Assembly: GCA_965242665.1 (NCBI GenBank)
Contig: OZ251484.1
Coordinates: 935,064-999,063 of the forward strand
Direction: 5' to 3'
Length of the DNA stretch: 64,000 bases
Source: Dehalococcoidia bacterium
GTDB lineage: Bacteria > Chloroflexota > Dehalococcoidia > Lucifugimonadales > VXLM01
Of the stretch, positions 26,235-36,300 are shown in pieces. The notes under the pieces were generated by a model. That model worked only from the letters and a program-made list of their open reading frames with translations. It did no database searches and had not been told where the DNA came from. Positions within the stretch are counted from its first letter, which is position 1, and each line of letters starts with the position of its first letter. The translations under genes were made by a program, and so were the position numbers.

Positions 26235-27266
26235 ATGTTCCGGACGATCGGACACGACAAAGCGGTCAACACCCTGACTCGCGCGCTCGCAGATGAGCGC
26301 GAGTCTCACGCGTACCTTCTGACAGGCCCGCCGCAGATCGGCAAGATGACTCTGGCAATAGACCTCGCGCGGGCGCTCAACTGCACCGCAGACGAGCAGG
26401 AAAACCTCTTCGGTGAGACCGAAGCCAAGCCGTGCAATGCCTGCAACCAATGCAGCCTCATCGACAAGGGGCTGCACACCGACGTGTTGGTGGTGACCTT
26501 CGGGGAAGACTCGCGGAAACGGACGCAGACGCTCATCTCCATAGATCAAGTCCGAGAAGTACAGCGGAACGCCAACCTGCGCCCATCCAACGGGAAGCAC
26601 CGTATCTTCATCTTCGAGCGCGCCGACTACCTCAGCCCAGGCGCGGCAACCGCGCTGCTCAAGACCTTGGAAGAACCGCCCAATCAGGTAGTCATGATTC
26701 TAGTCGCCGCCGACCTCGACCGGCTCCTGCCAACGATCTCGTCTCGATGTCAAACCTTCGCCTTGCGCCCCGTCCGGCAATCCGTGATAGTCGACCACCT
26801 GATTTCCAAGCACGGCATCGAAGTAGAGAACGCCGAGGAGACCGCGAGACTCTCGGAGGGAAGAATCGGCTGGGCCATCGGCGCCGCCCGCGACCCTGCA
26901 GTCCTGCAGGCCATCGACGAGAAGATGAGCGAGGTCGAGTCGATCTCGCGCTCCGGATTGGAAGCGCGCTTCCAGTACGCAGAAGGCTTGGCGCAGGCGT
27001 TCGGCAAGAACCGAGACGACGTGCGAAACGAACTCACCCTCTGGAAAGAGTGGTGGAGGGACATGATGATCGTCAAAGCAGGAGTCCCCAGAGGAGTCAA
27101 GCACTTGGCCAGACTCGATGCGCTCCAAGCAGGAGCCGCCAAGACTGGCGCAGAGGAACTCGTGGAGGCAGTCAACGCAATCGAGCGGACGATGCGCTTC
27201 CTCGACCGAAACGCAAACGCGCGCCTGGCCTTGGATAACATGATGCTCACGATACCTCGATTGTAA
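26235..27266 (+). CDS. holB: DNA polymerase III subunit delta'
   Basis: 'HAYLLTGPPQIGKMTLA', zinc module 'CNACNQC', 'HRIFIFERADYL' and 'LLKTLEEPP'. Confidence 0.85.
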   Translation: MFRTIGHDKAVNTLTRALADERESHAYLLTGPPQIGKMTLAIDLARALNCTADEQENLFGETEAKPCNACNQCSLIDKGLHTDVLVVTFGEDSRKRTQTLISIDQVREVQRNANLRPSNGKHRIFIFERADYLSPGAATALLKTLEEPPNQVVMILVAADLDRLLPTISSRCQTFALRPVRQSVIVDHLISKHGIEVENAEETARLSEGRIGWAIGAARDPAVLQAIDEKMSEVESISRSGLEARFQYAEGLAQAFGKNRDDVRNELTLWKEWWRDMMIVKAGVPRGVKHLARLDALQAGAAKTGAEELVEAVNAIERTMRFLDRNANARLALDNMMLTIPRL

Positions 27267-27306
27267 CGACGCGGGGTCTGCGAAACTCAAATGAGGAAGG
27301 ATCGAT

Positions 27307-27717
27307 ATGAAGGTATACCTGGCGGCGCGGTACTCGCGGAAAGACGAAATGAGGGAGTATGCCGACCGTCTCCAACGCGCTGACCACCACGTCACGTCGC
27401 GATGGGTAGAAGTCAAGCACAACGTAGAAGACATCGACCGCGAGCGAGAGCTCGCAAGCCGATACGCACTGGAAGACTCCGAAGACCTAACCGCGGCTGA
27501 CGCCGTCGTAGTGTTCACCGAGCCCCCGCGGAAGGAATTGACGCGCGGCGGCCGACACGTGGAGTTCGGCATGGCGCTCGCGCTCCAAAAACGCCTGTTC
27601 GTAGTCGGCCCGCCCGAGAATGTGTTCTACGCCCTGCCGCAAGTGGAGGTCTACTCCACCTGGGATCAGTTGTTCGATTCGCGCTTCTCGCCGACGGCGC
27701 AGGAGACCCCGCGATGA
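27307..27717 (+). CDS. nucleoside 2-deoxyribosyltransferase-like small protein (hypothetical)
   Basis: 136 aa. 'MKVYLAARYSRKDEM' Rossmann-like start, 'AADAVVVF' and 'GGRHVEFGMALALQKRLFVVG' resemble the NDT-like/DUF4406 fold. The call is from recall only. Confidence 0.4.
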   Translation: MKVYLAARYSRKDEMREYADRLQRADHHVTSRWVEVKHNVEDIDRERELASRYALEDSEDLTAADAVVVFTEPPRKELTRGGRHVEFGMALALQKRLFVVGPPENVFYALPQVEVYSTWDQLFDSRFSPTAQETPR

Positions 27718-27989
27718 CTGCAACAGACAAGCCGAACGAACCATCGAAGCAGGACGGCTCGACGATGTCCGCAAACCCTCGATCCAGCAAGAAGATCGTA
27801 GGAGTGCGCTTCATACCATCCGGGAAGGTGCACTTCTTCGCGCCGGGAAACGTCGATGTGCGAGTAGGAGATACCGTCGAGGTCGAGACCGACGTCGGTT
27901 ACCGGCAAGGTACGGTCGTCATCGCCCCAGACCAAATATGGTACGCCGACCTGCGCGGCAGCCTCGATGCTGTAGTGCGCAAGCTATAG
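27714..27989 (+). pseudogene. truncated RicT/YaaT (PSP1-family) N-terminal fragment
   Basis: 91 aa. 'IVGVRFIPSGKVHFFAPGNVDVRVGDTVEVETDVGYRQGTVVIAPDQ' aligns by eye with the first ~70 aa of Bacillus YaaT, which follows holB there. The PSP1 C-terminal domain is absent. An ATGA overlap links it to the previous gene. It is followed by 400 bp of non-coding DNA with decayed REP pieces. Confidence 0.5.
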
Positions 27990-28172
27990 GGCGAACGGGT
28001 ATTCTCCCAATCACAATCCAATCAGAAGCGGCGCTCTCCCAGCAGAAGGGCGATGGCGTATTCCAAGCGCGCCTCATCGCGCTACTTAGTGGGCGCCGTT
28101 TCTGCTCTTGGTTCCGTTTGATCTATTGGGGTGGAAGGCATCTCTATGAGTACACACATCGGACGTGCGCTA

Positions 28173-28220
28173 GATTCCCGCCTTCACGAGGATGACGTGA
28201 CCTTCACGAGGATGACGTGA
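28173..28220. repeat. decayed REP element with a duplicated 20-bp arm
   Basis: GATTCCCG followed by CCTTCACGAGGATGACGTGA x2 (28181-28220). Compare the canonical GATTCCCGCCTTCGCGGGAATGAC. Confidence 0.8.
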
Positions 28221-28406
28221 CCTAGGCCGAAATGGACATGACATGGGCGTGGATGACGGCGAGAGGATTTACGGTCTGGAGGCAATCTATCCCCGCAAAA
28301 GCAAACGCGTCGCCGACGTACTCGTGAGACAGGGAAAGATGGAACGTGCACTACCAGAAGGAAGAAATATCTCCTCGTTCGAGCAGTGAGACGCGGGAGG
28401 GGGGGA

Positions 28407-29558
28407 TTACGTCCCCTCGATGAAGCCGCTCGGGGCATCCGCGGTATGCGTCATCTGCGCCGGCTGATAGCGCGGACCGTCGTAGATCACACCGTTGTGG
28501 ATGATGACTTCAGGCAGGATGCGCGCTGCACCCACACGCTTTTCGTGGAGTACGTCGAGGAATTCGAACTCGCCCTGCGCCAACTCGCTGATAGTCACGT
28601 CTGCCATCGCGCCCGGCTTGAGGGTGCCGATGATTCCTTCCTGGCGCAACGCCTTGGCCGGCGCGGTCGTCGACATCTCGATCACCTCGTCGAGCGACAA
28701 GCCGAGCGCGAGCATCTTGGACATCGTCGTTGGCATGTCGTAGGTTGGGCCGTCGACGTTCATTCGGTGGACGTCCGTGCTGATGGTGCTGGGCTTGAGC
28801 CCCTTGTCGAGGGCGCGCTCCATCGTGCGAAATGCGAAGCCGCGCGCGCCGTGCCCGATGTCAAGGTACACGCCCCGCTCTACGGCGTCCCACACCGCAG
28901 GCCAAACCTCGCCGCGGTGGTCCCACAGCGGATAGCGGAACGAAGAGTGGAACGTATGGGTTACGATGTCACCGGGGTTCATATAGTCGAGCAGCTGTGG
29001 GATGGGCGCGCCGTACGCCTCCGCCATCAGAATGCCGCCGGCGAAGTCCGCCGCCTCTCTGGCCAACGGCAGGGTGACATAATGCTGGGAGTGGTGATAC
29101 TTCATACCGATTAGGACGTCGCCGTACTGCTTGATGACGGAAGCAGCTTCTTCGACGGTCGCGGGGTCCGGACCGTAGGGCATCGGCATTCGGATGAGAG
29201 CATAGATGCGCGTCTTGGCGTCCGCGATGTCGGTTTCCCAGAAATGAGGGAACTCGCTCGGCGTCGCGGTTCCGGCATCGAGGACGGTAGTGCAGCCATT
29301 TGCCAGGCTCGTCGAGTCGGCGTCGAGGCTTGGCAGGTTCGGGTTGGAGACGAAGTTGTGGGTATGCAAGTCGATGAACCCGGGCGTCACGTACTTGCCT
29401 GCAGCATCGATAACCCGCGCGGCCTGCGCCTGATCCAAACCCACGCCGACCGCCGCTATCCTGTCACCCGACACCGCCACATCCGCCGCGCCGTGCAACC
29501 CTTGGCTTGGGTCGACGACCGTTCCGTCCTTCACGAGCAAGTCCCACATCGTAACCAA
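28407..29558 (-). CDS. amidohydrolase-family metallohydrolase (dihydroorotase/deacetylase-like)
   Basis: 'LLVKDGTVVDPSQG..ADVAVSGDRIAAVG' followed by 'YVTPGFIDLHTH'. 383 aa. Confidence 0.75.
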   Translation of the reverse strand: MVTMWDLLVKDGTVVDPSQGLHGAADVAVSGDRIAAVGVGLDQAQAARVIDAAGKYVTPGFIDLHTHNFVSNPNLPSLDADSTSLANGCTTVLDAGTATPSEFPHFWETDIADAKTRIYALIRMPMPYGPDPATVEEAASVIKQYGDVLIGMKYHHSQHYVTLPLAREAADFAGGILMAEAYGAPIPQLLDYMNPGDIVTHTFHSSFRYPLWDHRGEVWPAVWDAVERGVYLDIGHGARGFAFRTMERALDKGLKPSTISTDVHRMNVDGPTYDMPTTMSKMLALGLSLDEVIEMSTTAPAKALRQEGIIGTLKPGAMADVTISELAQGEFEFLDVLHEKRVGAARILPEVIIHNGVIYDGPRYQPAQMTHTADAPSGFIEGT

Positions 29559-29790
29559 CCTCCGAACTTGGATCCGCTACCGCCGCGGCCAAGTTGTCTG
29601 CAATGCAATAGAGGAAAGAGAAATCCGCCAAACGGCTCACGCACGCCCCGAAAGCGGCACAAGTGAAACGAACGCATGAAATTCGTAGAGGGCGGACCGG
29701 AGCCCACCCTCTCATCTTGTGCCATGAAGCTTGTTGACAGCACCCTCCCGAATTGAATTATACCCGATGGGAGATCGGGGGTAGTCCCCC

Positions 29791-30585
29791 TCACGCGCCG
29801 TTCAGGACGTCGCCGAGCTTCTGCGCGTTTTCCTTCCACCATTTGAAGAGGATAGCGACATCGGTGCCGAGCGCGAAGTGTCGGATACCTTGGTCGAGAA
29901 AGTGCTTGGCATCCTCGGGGTCGCTGATTTCGGCTCTCGGCTGCACACCCATCTCCAGGGCCTTCTTGTGGACGTAGTCGCGGGTAGCGAGAACGTCCGG
30001 GTCTCGCGCCGCTCCCGGCCTTCCGATGCTCATGGAGTAGTCGCTGCCGCCCCATACGATCATATCTATCCCGGGAACACTAAGTATCTCTTCGAGGTTG
30101 TCGACCGCCTCCTTCTTCTCGATCATCAGGGCGACGACGCTGTCTTCGAGGGCCTGGACGTACTGAGGCGACCCCGACTCGAGGATGTACCCCGCGAAGC
30201 GCCTGTCTCCGGATCCGTGATGCCCTCCCGTCTGCGGCGTTTCCGCGCGCACCGCGCCGACGCACTCCCTCGCTTCGTCCGCGTCATGTACGTCTGCGAA
30301 CAACACGTTTTGGATGCCCGACCCAATGGCGCGGGTGGCAGCGAACGTGCGCGGCTCCTGGTCTACCTTGATCATGGCGGTCATGTGGTCGAACAGGTCG
30401 ACGGCCCGACCAAAGTTCTCCAGGCCTTCGAGGTCGTATGGGGCGTACTCTGCGACGAACTCCACGTAGTCGATGACGCCGGTATGCCCAATGATCTCCA
30501 CCATACCAGGCCAGAACACCATCGTGTGAGTACCGATGCTCGGCTTACCGTCGTTCAACAGATTGCGCAAGGGATTGGGTCGCAT
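29791..30585 (-). CDS. HpcH/HpaI-family aldolase
   Basis: 'RPNPLRNLLNDGKPSIGTH..WPGMVEIIGHTGVIDYVEFVAEY' and 'MIEKKEAVDNLEEILSVPGIDMIVWG'. Confidence 0.75.
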   Translation of the reverse strand: MRPNPLRNLLNDGKPSIGTHTMVFWPGMVEIIGHTGVIDYVEFVAEYAPYDLEGLENFGRAVDLFDHMTAMIKVDQEPRTFAATRAIGSGIQNVLFADVHDADEARECVGAVRAETPQTGGHHGSGDRRFAGYILESGSPQYVQALEDSVVALMIEKKEAVDNLEEILSVPGIDMIVWGGSDYSMSIGRPGAARDPDVLATRDYVHKKALEMGVQPRAEISDPEDAKHFLDQGIRHFALGTDVAILFKWWKENAQKLGDVLNGA

Positions 30586-30712
30586 TTGGGGCCTCCTCTG
30601 TTCCTCTCTCTCGACCGTGCGAACCGTACTCTATGGCCGCGCCCGCACGGTGTCAACTCTGCAAGGCAGGGCTGGGATCCGCACGTCTGGTGGACGGCAT
30701 CGCCAAGACCGC

Positions 30713-31831
30713 CTACTTGGACAGGGCCGTTCGCAGGGCCTCGGCCACGATCTCCGGCTCGCTGTCCGTCAGGTTGTGGGCGACGAATACCAGGGTGTCG
30801 TCTCCATCTGCAACGACGCGGATTCGGGGGTTCATGGCGTCCAACTCATCGGACACCGCCTGAGCATTTCTTCCCAGCGCTTGAGCATCGACCTCGACAT
30901 TCAAGATGATTCCCACGAAGTTGTCTATCGGGGAGATAGAGGCGTTCTTGACCGCGTCGAGTCCCCGCACAGCATCCTGGATGACTCCGAGCCTCTCGCC
31001 TGCCGCCAGGAGGCGCTCTTCGTGATCCATCGCGAACCACTCGCCTACGGCAGTGACCAAGCCCACGATCTCTTGGCGGTCCATCTTCATGCCCCTGCCG
31101 AAGGGTTTGCCCGGCGCTATGAACCCGTGGCCGACGGCAGCCTCGACCAACTCTTTGCGCCCACAGAGGAAACCGGACGAGTGCGGCGCGCCCATGTACT
31201 TGCCACCGAAGCAAGCCAGATCCGCCTTCTGCGCGGACTCGCGGAAGTAGTCGAGAGGATATATCTGGGCGGCGCAATCGGCCAGGAGGGGAACGCCGCG
31301 GTCCTTCGCCAGCTGGATCGCGTCGTCGTACGACACGAACGGGCCAAGCGCTTCCTCCCTGACGTAGTAGACGACGGCGGCGGTTCGCGGCCCGATTGCG
31401 CCGTCGATCTGGTCGACGGTGCACCCATTCTCATCTCCAACGGTCACAAGGCGTCCTCCCGGCACGCTGTACGCCCGGTCGTAGCCATATGCGTGACCCG
31501 CTTGGAAGACGAACTCGTTCTTCATGCCATCGGTATTGGGCAGACGAGCCATCTTTTCCGGGTCAGACCCGGTCATCAAAGACGATGCGCTCAGCACGAG
31601 CGCCGCAAAGCATCCCGCAGTAGGATACGCCGCCTCCACTCCAAGCGCCTCCGCGATTACCTCCCCGGACCGCGCGAGCAGCTCTTCCATCTCGACCCAA
31701 TAGCCGTTCGCCTCGTCCATCGCCCGACGAACCGCAGGCGACGGCGTCGAACCACCCCATATGGTCGTGTTCCCACTGGCGTTGATGACCGGGCGAGCGC
31801 CCAGCCGCGTATAGATGTCGTTCATAGCCAT
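30713..31831 (-). CDS. SelA-like / DgaE-like PLP-dependent enzyme
   Basis: I prefer the start at 31831 (GGAGAAAGG directly upstream), which gives 'MAMNDIYTRLGARPVINASGNTTIWGGS'. That N-terminus is typical of the L-seryl-tRNA selenium transferase-like family. The tracked ORF extends to 31912. Confidence 0.65.
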   Translation of the reverse strand: MAMNDIYTRLGARPVINASGNTTIWGGSTPSPAVRRAMDEANGYWVEMEELLARSGEVIAEALGVEAAYPTAGCFAALVLSASSLMTGSDPEKMARLPNTDGMKNEFVFQAGHAYGYDRAYSVPGGRLVTVGDENGCTVDQIDGAIGPRTAAVVYYVREEALGPFVSYDDAIQLAKDRGVPLLADCAAQIYPLDYFRESAQKADLACFGGKYMGAPHSSGFLCGRKELVEAAVGHGFIAPGKPFGRGMKMDRQEIVGLVTAVGEWFAMDHEERLLAAGERLGVIQDAVRGLDAVKNASISPIDNFVGIILNVEVDAQALGRNAQAVSDELDAMNPRIRVVADGDDTLVFVAHNLTDSEPEIVAEALRTALSK

Positions 31832-31878
31832 CCTTTCTCCATACCAAAGTTTCTCCGCACGCCGTCTGCGCGCCCGCA

Positions 31879-32853
31879 TCACGCGAACGCCGACCCATCC
31901 CAGTCGACCCACTCGCGGATGCCGCTTGCGTCTACCATACGCCGGTAGGCCTCGACGTGCGCTTGAGAGTAGCCGACCTGCGCCGGAAAGTGGGGGCCGG
32001 TATCCATGCCGAGAACACTGAGACGGAGCCGCGCATCCGGACCCTCTCCCATTCCCGGGACAGATAGCTCGCCGGGCCGAACGGCGTTGAGCCGCGGGTC
32101 GATATTCATGCTGAGTTCGAGCTGGTCGAATTCATCCCAACGACGCTGTTCGATCAGCCGCCACCGATGCAGCGACAGACGCGGGGCGACGTTGACCATG
32201 AAGTCGGTAAACCCCCGAGCCCCAAGCCGGTAGCCGATGGACATCACGCTGCCGTTGCTGATGAAGCTAATACGCTCTCCGAACAACCGAATCATGCTCA
32301 TGTAGTGGTGGACGTTCGCGGCAGACCACTTGACCCCCGCAAAGGTCTCGATCCCAGCAAGCCGCTCGATCAACGCCTGCGAGAAGTTGTAGCCGCCAGG
32401 CATTGCCCACGGCGTGTTGTACGCCATGATGCCAATGTCCGCGGCGTCGCCAATGTAGGCGTAGTGAGCGAATATCTCGTCCTCCGTGGGCTGCATATAG
32501 CGCGGCGGAGCGCACTGGATGAAGTCCATTCCAAGATCGGCGGCATACCGAGCCTTGCGCGCCGCCCGCCGAGCGCTCAACTCGAACACTCCAATGCCCG
32601 TGGGCGCCCTGCCGTCGGCCGCCTCCACGAGAGTGTTGGCCATCGCTTCCCACTCATGATCGTCCAGGAAGTACCCCTCCCCCAAGCCGCCGGCGATGAA
32701 TATGACCGCGTTCCCCCTGCCGATGCCCTGATCGAGCAGCCATCGGATATGAGCCTTGGAGCGGTCGAGCCGCAAGTTGTATTCATCGTCGTTGAACGTC
32801 GGCAGCGACACCGCAATGCCCGCGAGTTCGTCCACCCTCGATTTCCTATCCAT
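31879..32853 (-). CDS. dihydrodipicolinate synthase (DapA) family lyase
   Basis: 324 aa. 'GIAVSLPTFNDD..LDRSKAHIRWLLDQGI' and 'VFELSARRAARKARYAADLGMDFIQCAPPRY' have the layout of class I aldolases of the DapA family. Confidence 0.7.
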   Translation of the reverse strand: MDRKSRVDELAGIAVSLPTFNDDEYNLRLDRSKAHIRWLLDQGIGRGNAVIFIAGGLGEGYFLDDHEWEAMANTLVEAADGRAPTGIGVFELSARRAARKARYAADLGMDFIQCAPPRYMQPTEDEIFAHYAYIGDAADIGIMAYNTPWAMPGGYNFSQALIERLAGIETFAGVKWSAANVHHYMSMIRLFGERISFISNGSVMSIGYRLGARGFTDFMVNVAPRLSLHRWRLIEQRRWDEFDQLELSMNIDPRLNAVRPGELSVPGMGEGPDARLRLSVLGMDTGPHFPAQVGYSQAHVEAYRRMVDASGIREWVDWDGSAFA

Positions 32854-32879
32854 CGAAAACCACCTACCTTCTCATCTCA

Positions 32880-33323
32880 AATTCAATCTCCACCCACACC
32901 CCCACGTCATTCCCGCGTAGGCGGGAATCCACACCCACACCATTCCCACACACCCCCACGTCATTCCCGCGTAGGCGGGAATCCACACCCACACCATTCC
33001 CTCCCCCCCTCACGCCATTCCCGCGTAGGCGGGAATCCACACCCACGCCATCTCCGCACACTCCCACGTCATTCCCGCACCACCTCACGTCATTCCCACT
33101 CCCACCAACGTCATTCCCGCACCCTCCCACACCATTCCCACTCCCTCCCACGTCATTCCCGCACCCCCTCACATCATTCCCACTCCCCTCCCCCGTCATT
33201 CCCGCGTAGGCGGGAATCTAACGGCCTGCATGTCGACTGAATCCCAGGCTCCACTCGAACTATACGGAAGTTCCCTCCGCCGTTCAAGTCGCAGGGGGAG
33301 ATTCCCGCCTACGCGGGAATGAC
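32880..33323. repeat. REP-like cluster (5 full hairpins plus many half-sites)
   Basis: Hairpins at 32906-32929, 32960-32983, 33014-33037 and 33195-33218 (GTAG loop), and an inverted one at 33300-33323. CACGTCATTCCC(G/A)C half-site repeats lie between them. Confidence 0.95.
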
Positions 33324-33352
33324 GTAGACAGGGGCGGGAATCCGCCCGCCCC

Positions 33353-36300
33353 CTACCCCTCCGGCGCGTCCGCGTACTGGTTGTACCCCAACCCACGCAC
33401 ATGCGGCTCGCGGTGCAGCAGACGACGCAGACGCCCCAACTCGGCGGCGTCCCATCCCATCGCATCCACCACCGCCTCATCCCACAACCGGCGGACTTCA
33501 CACTCCCCATCGCGGAACTGCGGAACGAGCATGTCCCTCGTCCGCTCCCAGCAGGCAGCGAGGATTTGCAGTATGCGTTCGTCCTTGACGTCGGGGATGC
33601 GGAGATTTTGGGCTTCGGTGGTGCTGTATTGAGGGAACACCAACATTTTGCCCGGATTTCGCATGAGTTGGAGCCGCCCAACTGTCGAGTTGACGAAGAT
33701 AGCGACCGCTTTCGCTTCGGTCTCCGATAGTCCAGTAACGGGCATCCAGCCATTCCCTACGTATCTCTCCCCGGATGCGGTGGAGGTAAGCCGCGCTGAA
33801 CTGTTGCCTTGCCCTGCCGTTATCAGCAGATGCCCCGCCTTCTGAAGCAGATTGTCGGTTTCGGATTGCGCGCCGCTCTTGGGAATCCACCACTCATCGG
33901 GTTCGCTTCGTATAGACGATTGGCTGTCCGCCCCTTTGCCTTTCATTATCGGAAAACTGCCTGAGATTCCGGCTTCCGACCGCTGAAAATTGCCGCGCAG
34001 AACTTGTCCTGTCGCATGTGCCTGCACGCCAGGGGTATCGCCCATGCGTTGCAAGTTTGGATGGTCGGCATATCGCGCGGCAACCTCCGCCAATTCGGGC
34101 GAACGCCAGATCGCCGGCGTCCAATCGCCCGCCTCGATGCGTTCGGCGTCCCAATAGGACACTTCGCCCCAGCCATTGGGTATTTGCCCCCCCGCGACAG
34201 CCTGAAGACAACGATGAAAATCCCCCACCTCGCTGTCGTCTGAAGGCATCTTGTCTAGATTGATGAACCGAGTTGGCGGCTTGGGACCGTCATGCCGCCG
34301 CATCACGATGACGCTTTCATTGAGTCCAGCATTCTGGCTCAAGTTGACGTTGCCCGGCTGGTGACAGGTCAGCACCGTATCGATGTGGTAGCGCTGGGCT
34401 AGGATTCGACGTTCGTCAAGCCCGGAGGGATTTGTCAAAGCAATTGTGGGATGAATCGTGGAGAGAACGCCGTCTTTGTCCCCAACGCATTTGTCCGCCA
34501 GTGCGACGAAGAGGGGCGCGATAGAATTCTTGTCCGCGAACCCAACCAGTTCGTGGTCGGCTTGCGTGAGTTTACTCTCCATTTGGTCCACCCGTTCGCG
34601 CAGTTTCTTCTGCGTATCCGGCGCGAATTTCTCGCCCATCTTCGCGCGGTTGGTAAAGGGCGGGTTCATTATGACGATGCGGGCGTTTCGCGCGGCGTCC
34701 ACCGCGTCTTCCAGTTCGAAGTCCGCGTTTTCGCACATGGCGCGCGAGTCTATGTAGTCGTCCTCGATGTCCAGCTCGGTTCGCTGGGAGACGATTTTCT
34801 TCTGCCCCAGCAGTTCCAGCGTTCCCGCCGATACTTTGGCGGGGTTGTCGCTGTCCGGTCCGTAGGGCATTTGGTAGAGACCCATTCCCCTGTATCGGAC
34901 GGATTGGTTGCCGGCGGTTAGCTGGGATGCGGCGAGCTGGAGCGAGACGGGGTTGATATCCAGTCCCTTGATGGTTTTCTCGACTGCGAGCTTTTGCAGC
35001 GCCGCCAGCGCGTAGTCGTTCGCGCCCGCCTCTTTCGCCCTGCGCTTCATGTCCACGAGCAGGGCGGCGAGGAGCGTCCCGCTGCCGCAGGCGGGATCCA
35101 TGATTTTGTGGTCACGCCACGTTTGCGGTCTCGACCAGTCCACTTCCTCTTCCTCGCAGGCGTCCAGCGTCAGGCGTGCGGCGAGCGCGGCGGCGACGGG
35201 GCGGGTAAAGAATGCGCCGTCGGATGCCTGGTTGCCCATGACACGGTTGAAGAGCGGTCCGGCGTGGTCTGCGCCCATGTCTGCGTAGGTTTCTGCGATG
35301 CGTTCCGCTTCGGCTGCGATGTGGCGCAGGGCGCGCTCCAAGCCGGACAGCTTGCCCGTTCTCTTGACGCTGAAGATGACTTCGATGGCGGGATTCAGCA
35401 CCGCCTCGAAGTCGACGCCCAAGATGACGCTCCACTGAACGATCAGCTGGTCGATGACGTCGACGTCGTTCTTGATGGTAGCCAGGTCTTTGACCCTCGA
35501 CAGCCAGCGTCCGGCGAAGATCCGTTGGTGGAGCATGGCGGCGTTCATCATCAGCAGCGCGGCGATCGTGCAGCCGTCGGCCGCTTTGGATGTCGTCTTG
35601 AGCCTGTCCAAGCCGAAGTGGCGGTTGAGCGCGGGCAGCAGCCCGTCCTCGCGCAGATGTCGGGCGGCGTCCGACACGCTCGCCTCCAGAATGTTCAGAT
35701 CGCGCGTCACGCGGTCGCCGGCGAGTCCTGACTTGGCGAGCAGGTTCATCTTGATGGCGCTTCCATCCTCATCCATGCCGCTCAGCTGGAGCATCCGCTG
35801 GACGGACTCCTTGTCGACATCGTCGTCGGTTCCGCACGGCTTGGGCGGCTTGTCGGTTTCGTTCCGCTTCTTCCGCTCGCCGGGATCGACTTTCCTACCC
35901 GACCCCTTATTGAGCATATCTTTGGCTTTGGATTTCGTCTTTTCGATGTCCACCGCGCCGCGCTCGCCGTCCGCGTTCGGCTTTTCGCGGTACACGGTGT
36001 CCATGCGGATTTCTTGGCTGCCGTCGTCGTTGCGCTTGCCGGCGACGACTATCGTCGGCTCGTCCGCCTTGTAGGGAATCATCGGGGATTCTCCGATTAC
36101 GTTCGCGCCGACGTCCTCGCGGCTTTCGGCGTTTAGCATCCGCTCGATCCCCTCTTCCGGCGCGCCGACGGGGCCTTCGAACTCGGAATACTCGATGAGA
36201 CCGGTTTGGGGGTCGACGACCGCGAGAATGGCGCGCTCCACCGGCGGCGGCTCCGGAAGGTAGAGATAGAGCAGATGCTCCAACTCTTCCTCGATGCGCT

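Noticed and set aside
32880-33230. CRISPR-like appearance: 24-bp palindromic repeats at a ~54-bp spacing. The same look occurs at 52369-52575 with an 81-bp period.
   Set aside because: The 'spacers' are themselves near-identical to each other and made of REP half-sites. The same repeat is dispersed singly in both orientations across the window. No cas genes are present.
32167-33240. 357-aa plus-strand ORF ending in 'HSRVGGNPHPHHS...' repeats, and 38427..39611+ starting with '(PPGLVI)n'
   Set aside because: These read through REP clusters joined to antisense of the DapA-family and SDR genes. The repeat-derived peptides recur wherever REPs occur.
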